Below, piece after piece: positions 8,803-17,509 of a stretch of DNA of 64,000 nucleotides (position 1 is the stretch's first letter; every line of letters begins with the position of its first letter). The stretch comes from an uncultured Ohtaekwangia sp. (GTDB lineage Bacteria > Bacteroidota > Bacteroidia > Cytophagales > Cyclobacteriaceae), in the NCBI GenBank assembly GCA_964392375.1, contig CAYMPU010000070.1, positions 3,664-67,663 of the forward strand, in the 5' to 3' direction. The position numbers were made by a program, and so were the translations under genes. A model generated the notes under the pieces. It had not been told where the DNA came from and made no database searches. It was given only the letters and a program-made list of their open reading frames with translations.

Positions 8803-8884
8803 TACCAAAGGCGGGAATCGAACCCGCACATCCGAAGATACACGATTTTGAGTCGTGCGCGTCTACCAGTTCCGCCACTTTGGC
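8803..8884 (-). tRNA. tRNA-Leu (anticodon CAA)
   Basis: Minus strand GCCAAAGTGGCGGAACTGGTAGACGCGCACGACTCAAAATCGTGTATCTTCGGATGTGCGGGTTCGATTCCCGCCTTTGGTA: acceptor stem GCCAAAG/CTTTGGT, long variable arm, GTTCGA T-loop, CAA anticodon; CCA not encoded. Confidence 0.96.
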
Positions 8885-9056
8885 CAATACTACAATCCTT
8901 TTTCGAAGGCGGATTGCGCGCCTGCCCGCCGTAGCGTTTCGCGGAGGAGGGTCTACCAGTTCCGCCACTTTGGCTAATACATTCCACCTCGTTCGAAGGC
9001 CGGTTGCGCGCCTGCCAGTGTAGCCTGCCCTGAGGTTTCCGAAGGGCCACTTTGGC
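8885..9056 (-). repeat. Two upstream tandem copies of the tRNA-Leu 5' end plus spacer, each interrupted by a REP-like insert
   Basis: 8951-8974 is identical to 8861-8884 (24 nt); 9046-9056 repeats the first 11 nt of the tRNA; spacers 8885-8920 and 8975-9010 are clearly homologous. Confidence 0.85.
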
Positions 9057-9084
9057 TTGCCCGCCGAAGCCTTGGCATAGGCGG
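9054..9084 (+). repeat. REP-like palindromic element
   Basis: GGCTTGCCCGCCGAAGCCTTGGCATAGGCGG is 29/31 identical to the reverse complement of 13068-13098; a diverged relative sits at 8921-8950. Confidence 0.8.
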
Positions 9085-9088
9085 GGTG

Positions 9089-9119
9089 CAAATATGGGTA
9101 TTCTTTGATTTTTCTACAA
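9089..9119 (-). promoter_or_regulatory. Probable tRNA-Leu promoter (-33 TTG / -7 CATATTTG)
   Basis: Minus strand TTG-N20-CATATTTG(C), one mismatch to the Bacteroidota consensus. Confidence 0.55.
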
Positions 9120-9133
9120 CAACCGGAAACGCG

Positions 9134-11443
9134 CTATCCATCATTGTGCCGGCTGAGGGAAATTACCACCGTCTTCGACGTCGGCGTATTGCTCTTGTCG
9201 GCTGCGCTGTCGATGGGAACCAGCACGTTGGTCTCGGGAAAATAAGTAGCGGTACACTTTTCAGGAATGCGGTATGGTACCACAATGAATCGCCGGGCCT
9301 GACGGTGAACACCTCCGTGGTGGTTGTGGAGATCAACGATGTCGCCCGCATGGAGCCCTTCACGTTCAAAGTCCCTTTCGTTCATGAAGATCACCCTGCG
9401 CTCCTGATGGATGCCACGATAGCGGTCGTTGAGTCCGTAGATGGTGGTGTTGAACTGATCGTGACTTCGAATGGTCATCATCATGTACTCGTTGTCGGCC
9501 AGGATATGTTCTGTAACTGCCGAAATAGAGAAGTGGGCCTTCTCCGTTGGCGTGCGGAACTGCCGGTCGCGGGCAGCGTTTCTCAAGTAGAATCCCCCGG
9601 GCTCACGGACGCGAACGTTATAGTTCTCAAAACCTGGAATCGTCTTCTCTATGTCCTCGCGAATGTGATCGTAATGGTCAAGGTAACGATCCCAGTTCAA
9701 CTTCGATCGGCTTCCCAAGGTAGCCTTCGCCAAATGGCAGACGATGACAGGTTCGGATAGCAAGCTGTCAGAAACCGGTGTCAGGTTTCCGCGCGAGAGC
9801 TGAACGACGCTCATGGAGTTTTCGCACGAGATAAATTGCGGCTGACCGTTGAGGACGTCCTGGTCGCTGCGCCCGAGGCAGGGGAGGATGATGGCCTCCT
9901 TTCCGTGGACGAGATGACTGCGGTTGAGCTTCGTGGATATCTGAACGGTGAGATTGCAGTTGCGCAGCGCCTGGGCGGTGTACTGTGTATCCGGTGTTGC
10001 TGAAAGGAAATTCCCGCCCATGGCAATAAAGACCGAAGCCCGGCCAGCATGCATGGCCTTGATGCTTTCCACAACATCCAGGCCCTCGGTGCGCGGAGAG
10101 GTGATGTTAAAGGATTTGTCGAGTCGGTCGAGAAATACGGCTGGCGGCTTTTCATTGATCCCCATCGTGCGGTCACCCTGCACGTTGCTATGACCCCGCA
10201 CCGGACAAGTACCCGCACCTTCCTTGCCAATGCTGCCTTTAAGGAGGAGGAGGTTCACAATCTCCTTGATGGTATTCACAGCATTCTTGTGCTGGGTGAG
10301 TCCCATCGCCCAGCAGGCAATGATGCGGGATTTATTCTTTAGCAAATCCGCTGCCTGGCGCATTTGTTCTACGCTGATTCCGCTGGCACGGGCGAGATCG
10401 TCCAGGGACAGGCTTCGGAGGTCATCGAGCAACGCTGAAAATCCGGTGGTATGTTCTCTTATGAATACATGATCAAACACCGTTCCCGGGTTCTTTTCAT
10501 CTTCTTCTGCCAGAATTTTTTCGATGCCCTTCAGCAAGGCCATATCTCCGTTAATCTTCACAGGAAGGAATAGATCCGTGATGGCTGCCTTGATGCCCAG
10601 TGCGCCTTTGATGGACTGTGGGTTCCGGAAGCTGATCAATCCTGTCTCCGGCAACGGGTTGATGGAAATGATCGTCGCGCCATTCTTCTTGGCCTTCTGG
10701 AGTGCGGTGAGCATGCGGGGATGATTCGTTCCCGGGTTCTGCCCGAGAATCAAGATGACTTCCGCTTTGCTAAAATCGTCGAGGGTAACACTTCCCTTTC
10801 CAGTACCCAGTGTTTCGATCAGCGCCACGCCACTCGACTCATGACACATGTTGGAGCAGTCGGGGAGGTTGTTGGTGCCGAACTCCCGGACAAATAGCTG
10901 GTATAGGAATGCAGCTTCGTTGCTTGTACGGCCGGAAGTATAGAAGATAGCTTCGTCGGGGGACGCGAGCGAATTCAGGTGAGTGGCAATCTTTTGAAAG
11001 GCATCGTCCCAGGTGATGGTTTGGTAGTGCGTGGCGCCGGGAGCGAGGTAGACCGGTTCTGCGATGCGCCCTTTCTTGCCGATCTCATAGTCGTTCAATT
11101 CGGCAAGTTCATTCACGGAATGTGTACGAAAGAATTCCGCTGTAAGCTTGCGGTTGGTCGCCTCTTCAGCGATGGCTTTGATACCATTTTCGCAGAATTC
11201 CCCGAGCGAAGAGCGCTCACCATCCGGATCCGGCCAGGCACAGCCTGGGCAGTCGAACCCGTCCTTTTGATTGAGTTTGTTCAGGGCTCTGATGCCGCGG
11301 CCCAAGGGCAATTCATTCACCACATGCTTCAAGCCAGAAAAAACCGCCGACATACCGCCAGCAGCGTCTTGGGGTGCAGACCGCTGAAGATCCAGAAGGG
11401 TTTCCGGATTTTCGGGGTTGGGATCTGGGCGTTCTTCGTCCAT
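9134..11443 (-). CDS. FdhF/YdeP-family molybdopterin oxidoreductase
   Basis: 'NQKDGFDCPGCAWPD...EFCENG', 'YTSGRTSNE', 'NNLPDCSNMCHESSG', 'PVRGHSNVQGDRTMG', 'RSHDQFNTTIYG', 'YFPETNVLVP'. Confidence 0.93.
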   Translation of the reverse strand: MDEERPDPNPENPETLLDLQRSAPQDAAGGMSAVFSGLKHVVNELPLGRGIRALNKLNQKDGFDCPGCAWPDPDGERSSLGEFCENGIKAIAEEATNRKLTAEFFRTHSVNELAELNDYEIGKKGRIAEPVYLAPGATHYQTITWDDAFQKIATHLNSLASPDEAIFYTSGRTSNEAAFLYQLFVREFGTNNLPDCSNMCHESSGVALIETLGTGKGSVTLDDFSKAEVILILGQNPGTNHPRMLTALQKAKKNGATIISINPLPETGLISFRNPQSIKGALGIKAAITDLFLPVKINGDMALLKGIEKILAEEDEKNPGTVFDHVFIREHTTGFSALLDDLRSLSLDDLARASGISVEQMRQAADLLKNKSRIIACWAMGLTQHKNAVNTIKEIVNLLLLKGSIGKEGAGTCPVRGHSNVQGDRTMGINEKPPAVFLDRLDKSFNITSPRTEGLDVVESIKAMHAGRASVFIAMGGNFLSATPDTQYTAQALRNCNLTVQISTKLNRSHLVHGKEAIILPCLGRSDQDVLNGQPQFISCENSMSVVQLSRGNLTPVSDSLLSEPVIVCHLAKATLGSRSKLNWDRYLDHYDHIREDIEKTIPGFENYNVRVREPGGFYLRNAARDRQFRTPTEKAHFSISAVTEHILADNEYMMMTIRSHDQFNTTIYGLNDRYRGIHQERRVIFMNERDFEREGLHAGDIVDLHNHHGGVHRQARRFIVVPYRIPEKCTATYFPETNVLVPIDSAADKSNTPTSKTVVISLSRHNDG

Positions 11444-12264
11444 CAGCTAATGCGTTGCTTGCCTGAATACACCGTGTAGCGATTATCTCGCAGGAAACCG
11501 ACCAGGGTCATCCCGCATTCTTCAGCCATCGTCACGGCCAATGTTGAAGGGGCGCCAATGGCTGCGATAAAGGGAATGCCTGCCATGTAGGCTTTCTGCA
11601 CGAGCTCGAAACTGATTCGCCCACTCAGGAGGAGAATGCTGTTATCGAGCGGAAGTTCGTTGTTGCGAAGGCTTGCACCAATGACTTTGTCCAACGCATT
11701 GTGCCGGCCGACGTCCTCGCGAACCAGCATAAGATTTCCGGAGCGATCAAACAACGCGGATGCGTGCAATCCACCGGTCACGTCAAAGACTTTCTGATGT
11801 CCTCTCAATTTCTCTTGCAGGGTATGAAGGAGTGCGGATGTTACCTTGAGATTGCTTTGGCCGGGATGAAACACTGACTTCGTCTTTACCGCATCCAGCG
11901 ATGCCTTTCCACACACTCCGCAGCTGGAGGTGGTGTAGAAATTTCGATCGAGCGTTGCAAGGGCAGGTGTTAGGCCAGGGCTCAGCTGGACGGTGACAAT
12001 GTTGGCAGCATCGCCGGTTGTGATATTGCTAATCTCACCGGCACCCCGTATTACCCCCTCCGTAAAAAGAAAGCCTGCCGCCAGTTCCTCATCATGTCCC
12101 GGCGTGCGCATGGTGATGGATATACTTTTCTCCGCGCGGCTTCCTTCAGGTCCGCTGACAAGCCGTATTTCCAACGGCTCTTCAACAGCGAGCATGTCAC
12201 CGATATCGACTGTTTCTGTCGGGGTGACTTTGCGTACGGGAAATTGCTCAGCCGAATTTCTCAT
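11443..12264 (-). CDS. fdhD: Formate dehydrogenase accessory sulfurtransferase FdhD
   Basis: 'AVEEPLEI', 'TMRTPG', 'SSCGVCG', 'TGGLHA', 'EDVGRHNALDK', 'SGRISFELVQK'. Confidence 0.95.
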   Translation of the reverse strand: MRNSAEQFPVRKVTPTETVDIGDMLAVEEPLEIRLVSGPEGSRAEKSISITMRTPGHDEELAAGFLFTEGVIRGAGEISNITTGDAANIVTVQLSPGLTPALATLDRNFYTTSSCGVCGKASLDAVKTKSVFHPGQSNLKVTSALLHTLQEKLRGHQKVFDVTGGLHASALFDRSGNLMLVREDVGRHNALDKVIGASLRNNELPLDNSILLLSGRISFELVQKAYMAGIPFIAAIGAPSTLAVTMAEECGMTLVGFLRDNRYTVYSGKQRIS

Positions 12265-12283
12265 AACTCAAATCTACCAAACT

Positions 12284-12886
12284 TCAACCATTCGATCGGT
12301 TGGCGCGAATGGTTTCAAGGAGCTGTTTTGATTCTTCCGGCGTATCGGCAGTCAGAAGGCTCTGGGGTGTACTGGGTGGAATCCGAAGCGTGGCGCTTTT
12401 GATGAGGACTTTCCGCAGGGAAAACTCGCCCCGCTTGTAATGACTAACCAGCATCGGGTAAATGGATGGTTCATAAATGGCCACGAGGGGCTCCTCGCTT
12501 TGACCAGCCTCATTATATAAACACACAGCATCGACTTCGGGTTGTCTGCCTTCGATGAGATGCTCCAAGTCTTCCTTGGCGACCAAGGGGTAGTCACACC
12601 CCAACACCAGAAACGGTGTAGACGGGTAGGCGCGAAATGCTGTCAATAGCCCGGCCATCGGGCCCATGTTTGCATACTTTGGTTCATCGACCAGCAGGGT
12701 ATGCTCAGTCTTGAATTGCTTCGCCTGCTCCGCATTGCAACTGATGACAATCCTGGAGCACAAGGGAGCCAATAGATTCACTGCATACTGCCACTGCGCA
12801 ATGCCATGATACTGGATCAGGCTCTTATCGCGACCCATTCTGGAACTTTGACCTCCGCAAAAGATTAGACCCGTAGGTAATGTCAT
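12284..12886 (-). CDS. mobA: Molybdenum cofactor guanylyltransferase
   Basis: 'GLIFCGGQSSRMGRDK', 'GPMAGL', 'LGCDYP', 'EPLVAIY'. Start moved to ATG 12886. Confidence 0.9.
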   Translation of the reverse strand: MTLPTGLIFCGGQSSRMGRDKSLIQYHGIAQWQYAVNLLAPLCSRIVISCNAEQAKQFKTEHTLLVDEPKYANMGPMAGLLTAFRAYPSTPFLVLGCDYPLVAKEDLEHLIEGRQPEVDAVCLYNEAGQSEEPLVAIYEPSIYPMLVSHYKRGEFSLRKVLIKSATLRIPPSTPQSLLTADTPEESKQLLETIRANRSNG

Positions 12887-13031
12887 TTTCTGTTTGAAAA
12901 CCGGAAAGTACCCAAAATCGGTTGCACCTAGCATTTTGCTGCTACAGTGGCCCCAATCGGTGACCACCCAGTATTCAGTGTCCCGCCATCGATAGGCTTC
13001 CAACTTTCATAGCTACAGGTGGGCGGGCAAG

Positions 13032-13066
13032 CCAGCATCCAGTATCTAGCATCCAGTATCCAGCAT
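13032..13066. repeat. Heptamer tandem repeat (consensus CCAGYAT) x5
   Basis: CCAGCAT CCAGTAT CTAGCAT CCAGTAT CCAGCAT. Confidence 0.85.
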
Positions 13067-13067
13067 C

Positions 13068-13098
13068 CCTCCTACGCCAAGGCTTCGGCGGGCAAGCC
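13068..13098 (-). repeat. REP-like palindromic element (inverted relative to 9054-9084)
   Basis: CCTCCTACGCCAAGGCTTCGGCGGGCAAGCC; a partial copy GGCGGGCAAGCCAG lies at 13022-13035. Confidence 0.8.
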
Positions 13099-13103
13099 AG
13101 TTA

Positions 13104-13124
13104 TAAGTGTCATTTATACAATTA
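13104..13124. promoter_or_regulatory. Probable AraR (NrtR-family) operator
   Basis: 21-bp imperfect palindrome TAAGTGT-CATTTAT-ACAATTA (GT-N7-AC core of NrtR-family sites), directly upstream of a TATATTG -7-like element and the ara cluster. Confidence 0.7.
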
Positions 13125-13191
13125 ATTCCTATATTGATCTCCCAATCACTTTTCCGCCCCACTCATTTACCCAAATTAGAATCAAAACCAG

Positions 13192-15156
13192 ATGATGATG
13201 AATAAACGAATACTCTTTTTCTGCCTGGCTGTGTCCGCCAGCAGCTATGGCCAGGTGGTTACTCGTCAATCGGAGCCCGTGGGTTTCTCGCAAGTGACCA
13301 TTACCGATTCGTTCTGGAAACCAACCATGGACAAGGTCGCCACCGCCACACTCCAGGCGTGCATACTTCAAACGGAGGTGAAAACTCCCCGGATCAGGAA
13401 CTTTGAAAAAGTGGCGAGGAAGAAGGGTGAGAAGTTTGAGGGTATCTTCTACGATGACTCCGATGTATACAAAGCACTGGAGGCGATTGCCTATTCCTTG
13501 AAAAACCATCCCGATGCAGCCGTTGAAAAAACTGCTGACGAGTGGATCGACAAGATTGCGGCAGCACAGTTGGCTGATGGCTATATAGGAACCTACTATA
13601 CCCTCGGTGACTTCGACAAGCGCTGGAGCGACATGAGCATGCACGAAGATTACAATGGCGGCCATTTGATCGAAGCCGCCGTGGCTTATTATAATTCCAC
13701 CGGCAAACGCAAACTGCTCGATGTGGCCATCCGTTTTGCTGACCATTTCAATGATCTCTTTGGTCCCGGCAAGAAGCATTGGGTGACAGGTCATCAGGAA
13801 CTCGAATTGGCTTTGGTGAAGTTGTACAATGTGACGAAGGACAAGAAGTACCTCGCACTCTCGCATTGGCTGCTGGAGGAGCGTGGGCACAAATATGCCA
13901 AGGGCTACACGTGGACCGACTGGAAAGACACCGCCTACGCGCAAGATGTTGTCCCGGTCCGGGAGCAAAAGGAAATCACCGGCCATGCTGTTCGTGCCAT
14001 GTACCTCTATACCGGTACTGCCGACGTTGCAGCACTCACCGGTGATGAGGGCTATGTGAAAGCCATGAATACGGTGTGGGAAGATGTTGTCTACCGCAAT
14101 ATGTTCATTACAGGAGGCATTGGTTCTTCAGGCCGTAACGAAGGCTTTAGTGTCGACTATGACCTGCCCAACGAGCAGGCCTATTGCGAAACATGCGCTT
14201 CGGTGGGCATGGTGTTCTGGAATCAACGCATGAACCTGATGTCAGGCGACAGCAAATTTATCGATGTGCTTGAGCGCAGCTTGTATAATGGAGCTCGCGA
14301 TGGGCTATCGCTTAGTGGCGATCGTTTCTTCTACGGCAATCCCCTCGCGTCGCGTGGCCAGCATTTTCGTCGGGAGTGGTTTGGAACAGCCTGCTGCCCG
14401 GCCAATATCGCACGATTAGTGGCTTCTGTGGGTGACTATATATACAACGTCTCGCCGGAAGGATTGTGGGTCAACCTGTTCATTGGCAGCACAACGAATG
14501 TGAAGTTTGGTAAGAACGATGTGCCTGTGCAGATGGAGACCAACTACCCGTGGGAGGGAAGCGTTCGCATCTCCGTGCAGCCGAAGTCAAAGACAAAGTT
14601 CGCTATGCATGTACGCATTCCGGGTTGGGCTTCAGGTGAAGTAGTTCCTGGCGGGCTGTATCAGTTCGTCGACAAGACGGTGAAGCCCATTACGCTCACG
14701 CTCAACGGTAAGCCAGCTGAGTATACGATGGAGAAAGGTTATGCTGTGATCAATCGTGAGTGGAAAAAGGGAGATCAGCTCGAGCTCTCGTTGCCGATGG
14801 ATGTGAAGCAGGTGATTGCCCGCACGGAATTGACGCAGGATCAGGATCGTGTGGCTTTGCAAAGAGGTCCGCTGGTGTATTGCATCGAAGGAGCCGACAA
14901 TGGCAATCAGGCGTGGAATATCATTGTTCCTGAACGTACTGCGTTTAGCACTACACATCGCAAAGATCTTCTTGAAGGAGTTACGACCATTCAATTCCAG
15001 GCTCCTTCCGTGAGCGTTGCCGCTGATGGTACATCCGTCACTACGGAGATGAAGACGGTGACAGCCATTCCGTACTATGCCTGGGCCAACCGGGGTCAGA
15101 ATGCCATGCAAGTGTGGCTTCCGCGAAAAATCAAGGACATCAAGATCAACTACTGA
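13192..15156 (+). CDS. GH127 beta-L-arabinofuranosidase, signal peptide
   Basis: 'DSDVYKALEA', 'HEDYNGGHL', 'GHQELELAL', 'GHAVRAMY', 'YCETCAS', 'ACCPANIAR' (Zn/Cys active-site motifs). Confidence 0.9.
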   Translation: MMMNKRILFFCLAVSASSYGQVVTRQSEPVGFSQVTITDSFWKPTMDKVATATLQACILQTEVKTPRIRNFEKVARKKGEKFEGIFYDDSDVYKALEAIAYSLKNHPDAAVEKTADEWIDKIAAAQLADGYIGTYYTLGDFDKRWSDMSMHEDYNGGHLIEAAVAYYNSTGKRKLLDVAIRFADHFNDLFGPGKKHWVTGHQELELALVKLYNVTKDKKYLALSHWLLEERGHKYAKGYTWTDWKDTAYAQDVVPVREQKEITGHAVRAMYLYTGTADVAALTGDEGYVKAMNTVWEDVVYRNMFITGGIGSSGRNEGFSVDYDLPNEQAYCETCASVGMVFWNQRMNLMSGDSKFIDVLERSLYNGARDGLSLSGDRFFYGNPLASRGQHFRREWFGTACCPANIARLVASVGDYIYNVSPEGLWVNLFIGSTTNVKFGKNDVPVQMETNYPWEGSVRISVQPKSKTKFAMHVRIPGWASGEVVPGGLYQFVDKTVKPITLTLNGKPAEYTMEKGYAVINREWKKGDQLELSLPMDVKQVIARTELTQDQDRVALQRGPLVYCIEGADNGNQAWNIIVPERTAFSTTHRKDLLEGVTTIQFQAPSVSVAADGTSVTTEMKTVTAIPYYAWANRGQNAMQVWLPRKIKDIKINY

Positions 15157-15157
15157 T

Positions 15158-17509
15158 ATGAAACGACTGCTTCCATTATTCATTACGGCCGCGATTTATT
15201 TCGGCGCTCAGGGTCAAGCTTACTTACCCGAAAAGAGCAACGCAAAAATCAAAGTGAAGCCAGCGACAGAGGTGGGGGCCTACGCCTTCAACCTTCGCGA
15301 TGTGCGCTTGCTCGAGGGTAGCCCGTTCAAGAATGCCATGGACAAGGATGCTGCCTACTTGGTCACGCTCGAGCCGGACCGTCTGCTCCACCGCTTTCAT
15401 GCCAATGCAGGATTGCCGACCAAGGCGGAGGTGTTTGGAGGCTGGGAGAGCGATGGACTTTCGGGTCACACGCTCGGTCACTACCTCTCGGCATGTGCCA
15501 TGATGTATGCCTCGACGGGCGACATCCGCTTCAAAGAAAAAGTTGACTACGTCATTACAGAACTCGACCGTTGTCAGAAGGCCCGCAAAACAGGCTACGT
15601 AGGCGCAATACCCAATGAAGATTCTGTTTTCTGGAAAGTGCAGCACGGCATCATCAAGACCGCTGGCTTTGATTTGAATGGAGCGTGGTCACCCTGGTAC
15701 ACGGTCCACAAAGTCATGGCCGGCCTCGCCGATGCCTATATGCTCTGTGACAATTCGACAGCCCTTACCATTCTTACCGGCATGTCCGATTGGACGGAAT
15801 GGATATTGAAAGATTTGAATGAAGAGCAACTCGAATTGATGCGTAAATGCGAGTATGGAGGGATGAATGATATCCTGGTCCACACCTATGAGCTCACCGG
15901 CAACAAGAAGTTTCTCGATTTGTCTTACAAGTTTCATGATCAGTTTGTGCTGGGTCAGTTGGCCAAAGGAATCGATGCCTTGCAAGGAAAACATTCAAAC
16001 ACGAACGTGCCAAAGGCCATTGGCTGCGCCCGCCGCCACGAACTCACGGGTGACGCATCCGACAAGACCATAGCCAATTTCTTTTGGGAGACCATCGTTG
16101 GGCACTATACCTACGTGATTGGCGGTAACAGCAATTACGAATACCTCGGTGAACCGGACAAACTCAATGACCGCATCAGCGACAATACTTGCGAGACGTG
16201 CAATACGTACAACATGCTTAAGTTAACGAGGTTCCTTTATTCCTGGGATCCGAAGGCTTCGTATGCTGATTATTATGAGCGTGCCTTGTACAACCACATC
16301 CTCGCTTCGCAGAATCCTTCTGATGGAATGATGTGCTACTTTGTTCCGCTACGTATGGGTACAAAGAAACGCTTCAGTCGGCCGTTCAATACGTTTACCT
16401 GCTGTGTGGGTAGCGGCATAGAGAACCACGCCAAGTACACCGAGGGAATCTATTATGAAGGGAAGGATGGTAGTCTGATGGTCAACTTATTCATTCCATC
16501 GGAACTTACCTGGAAGGAGAAGGGCGTCGTCATTCGACAAGAGTCTAAATTTCCGGAGGATGACAAGATCAATTTTACCGTACAGGCAAAGTCTTCCGCA
16601 AAGTTTACGCTCAAAATCCGCCAGCCGAAATGGACCTCTTCGCTTGCCATTACAGTGAACGGCAAACCATCCCAGGCTACACGCGATGCCAACGGATACT
16701 GGACGATTACGCGGACGTGGAAAAACAACGACCGCGTGGAGGTGCTGGCGCCCATGCACTTGTATTCCGAAAGCATGCCCGACAACCCAAACCGTATTGC
16801 TTTGCTGTATGGTCCGGTAGTCATGGCAGGACAGCTAGGGACTGAAATGCCTGATCCGATTTTCGGCACCACCGTATTGCTCACCGACAACCGGAACGTG
16901 AATGAATGGGCGCGCCCTGCCGGAGCTCCGCTGACGTTCCAGACTTCCGTTTCGAAGCCGTCGGAAGTCACGTTGATACCTTTCTACAAGACCGTTGATC
17001 AATACTATAATGTGTACTGGGACTACTTCACCCAAGCCGAATGGTCGAAGCGCGAAGGTGACTACCAGGCCGAGAAGCGATACCAGGCCGACATTGAAGA
17101 GCGTACGATTGACATCATGCGCCTTGGTGAAATGCAGCCCGAGCGGGATCACAACCTGAAGGCCAGCGAGAAGTCGTATTCAAGCGATGCTTTGGGCAGA
17201 AGGGGACGGGAGGCAAGAAATGGCGGGTTCTTCTCCTTTGATATGACCGTGCTCGCCGATACACCCAGCAGTCTGTTGTGTTCGTACATCGGTGACGATC
17301 AAAACCGGGGCTTCGACCTTCTCGTTGACGGAGTCAAGATCGGTACGCAGGAGTTGAAAGGGGGCACCACAGGGCGGTTCTTTGACGTAACCTATCCCAT
17401 CCCCAACGAGTCGCTCAAGGGCAAATCAAAAGTGGAAATCCGTGTGCAGGGTCATCCTGGAAAAACGGCCGGCCGCGTTTTTGGGTGCCGCATCATCAAG
17501 AACAAATGA
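15158..17509 (+). CDS. GH146 (GH127-related) beta-L-arabinofuranosidase, signal peptide
   Basis: 'GGWE..LSGHTLGHYLSA', 'PWYTVHK', 'EYGGMND', 'HSNTNVPKAIG', 'ETCNTYNMLKLTR', 'FTCCVGSG', plus a C-terminal 'GEMQPERDH' domain. Start ATG 15158. Confidence 0.85.
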   Translation: MKRLLPLFITAAIYFGAQGQAYLPEKSNAKIKVKPATEVGAYAFNLRDVRLLEGSPFKNAMDKDAAYLVTLEPDRLLHRFHANAGLPTKAEVFGGWESDGLSGHTLGHYLSACAMMYASTGDIRFKEKVDYVITELDRCQKARKTGYVGAIPNEDSVFWKVQHGIIKTAGFDLNGAWSPWYTVHKVMAGLADAYMLCDNSTALTILTGMSDWTEWILKDLNEEQLELMRKCEYGGMNDILVHTYELTGNKKFLDLSYKFHDQFVLGQLAKGIDALQGKHSNTNVPKAIGCARRHELTGDASDKTIANFFWETIVGHYTYVIGGNSNYEYLGEPDKLNDRISDNTCETCNTYNMLKLTRFLYSWDPKASYADYYERALYNHILASQNPSDGMMCYFVPLRMGTKKRFSRPFNTFTCCVGSGIENHAKYTEGIYYEGKDGSLMVNLFIPSELTWKEKGVVIRQESKFPEDDKINFTVQAKSSAKFTLKIRQPKWTSSLAITVNGKPSQATRDANGYWTITRTWKNNDRVEVLAPMHLYSESMPDNPNRIALLYGPVVMAGQLGTEMPDPIFGTTVLLTDNRNVNEWARPAGAPLTFQTSVSKPSEVTLIPFYKTVDQYYNVYWDYFTQAEWSKREGDYQAEKRYQADIEERTIDIMRLGEMQPERDHNLKASEKSYSSDALGRRGREARNGGFFSFDMTVLADTPSSLLCSYIGDDQNRGFDLLVDGVKIGTQELKGGTTGRFFDVTYPIPNESLKGKSKVEIRVQGHPGKTAGRVFGCRIIKNK

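Noticed and set aside
8861-9056. CRISPR mini-array or attL/attR of an integrated element
   Set aside because: The repeated part is the tRNA 5' end, the spacers are homologous to each other, and I found no integrase or tRNA 3'-end duplication.
8516-9091. ORFs 8516..9091 and 8763..9050 (-) with repeated 'AKVAELVD'
   Set aside because: They are translations of the tRNA and its duplicated 5' end.
9134-11443. Selenocysteine recoding in the FdhF-like gene
   Set aside because: The ORF is uninterrupted and the Mo-ligand position is Cys (SNMCHES).
12887-13030. Moco/tungsten riboswitch upstream of mobA
   Set aside because: I could not recognise the conserved Moco RNA motif elements; an Infernal search would be needed to exclude it fully.
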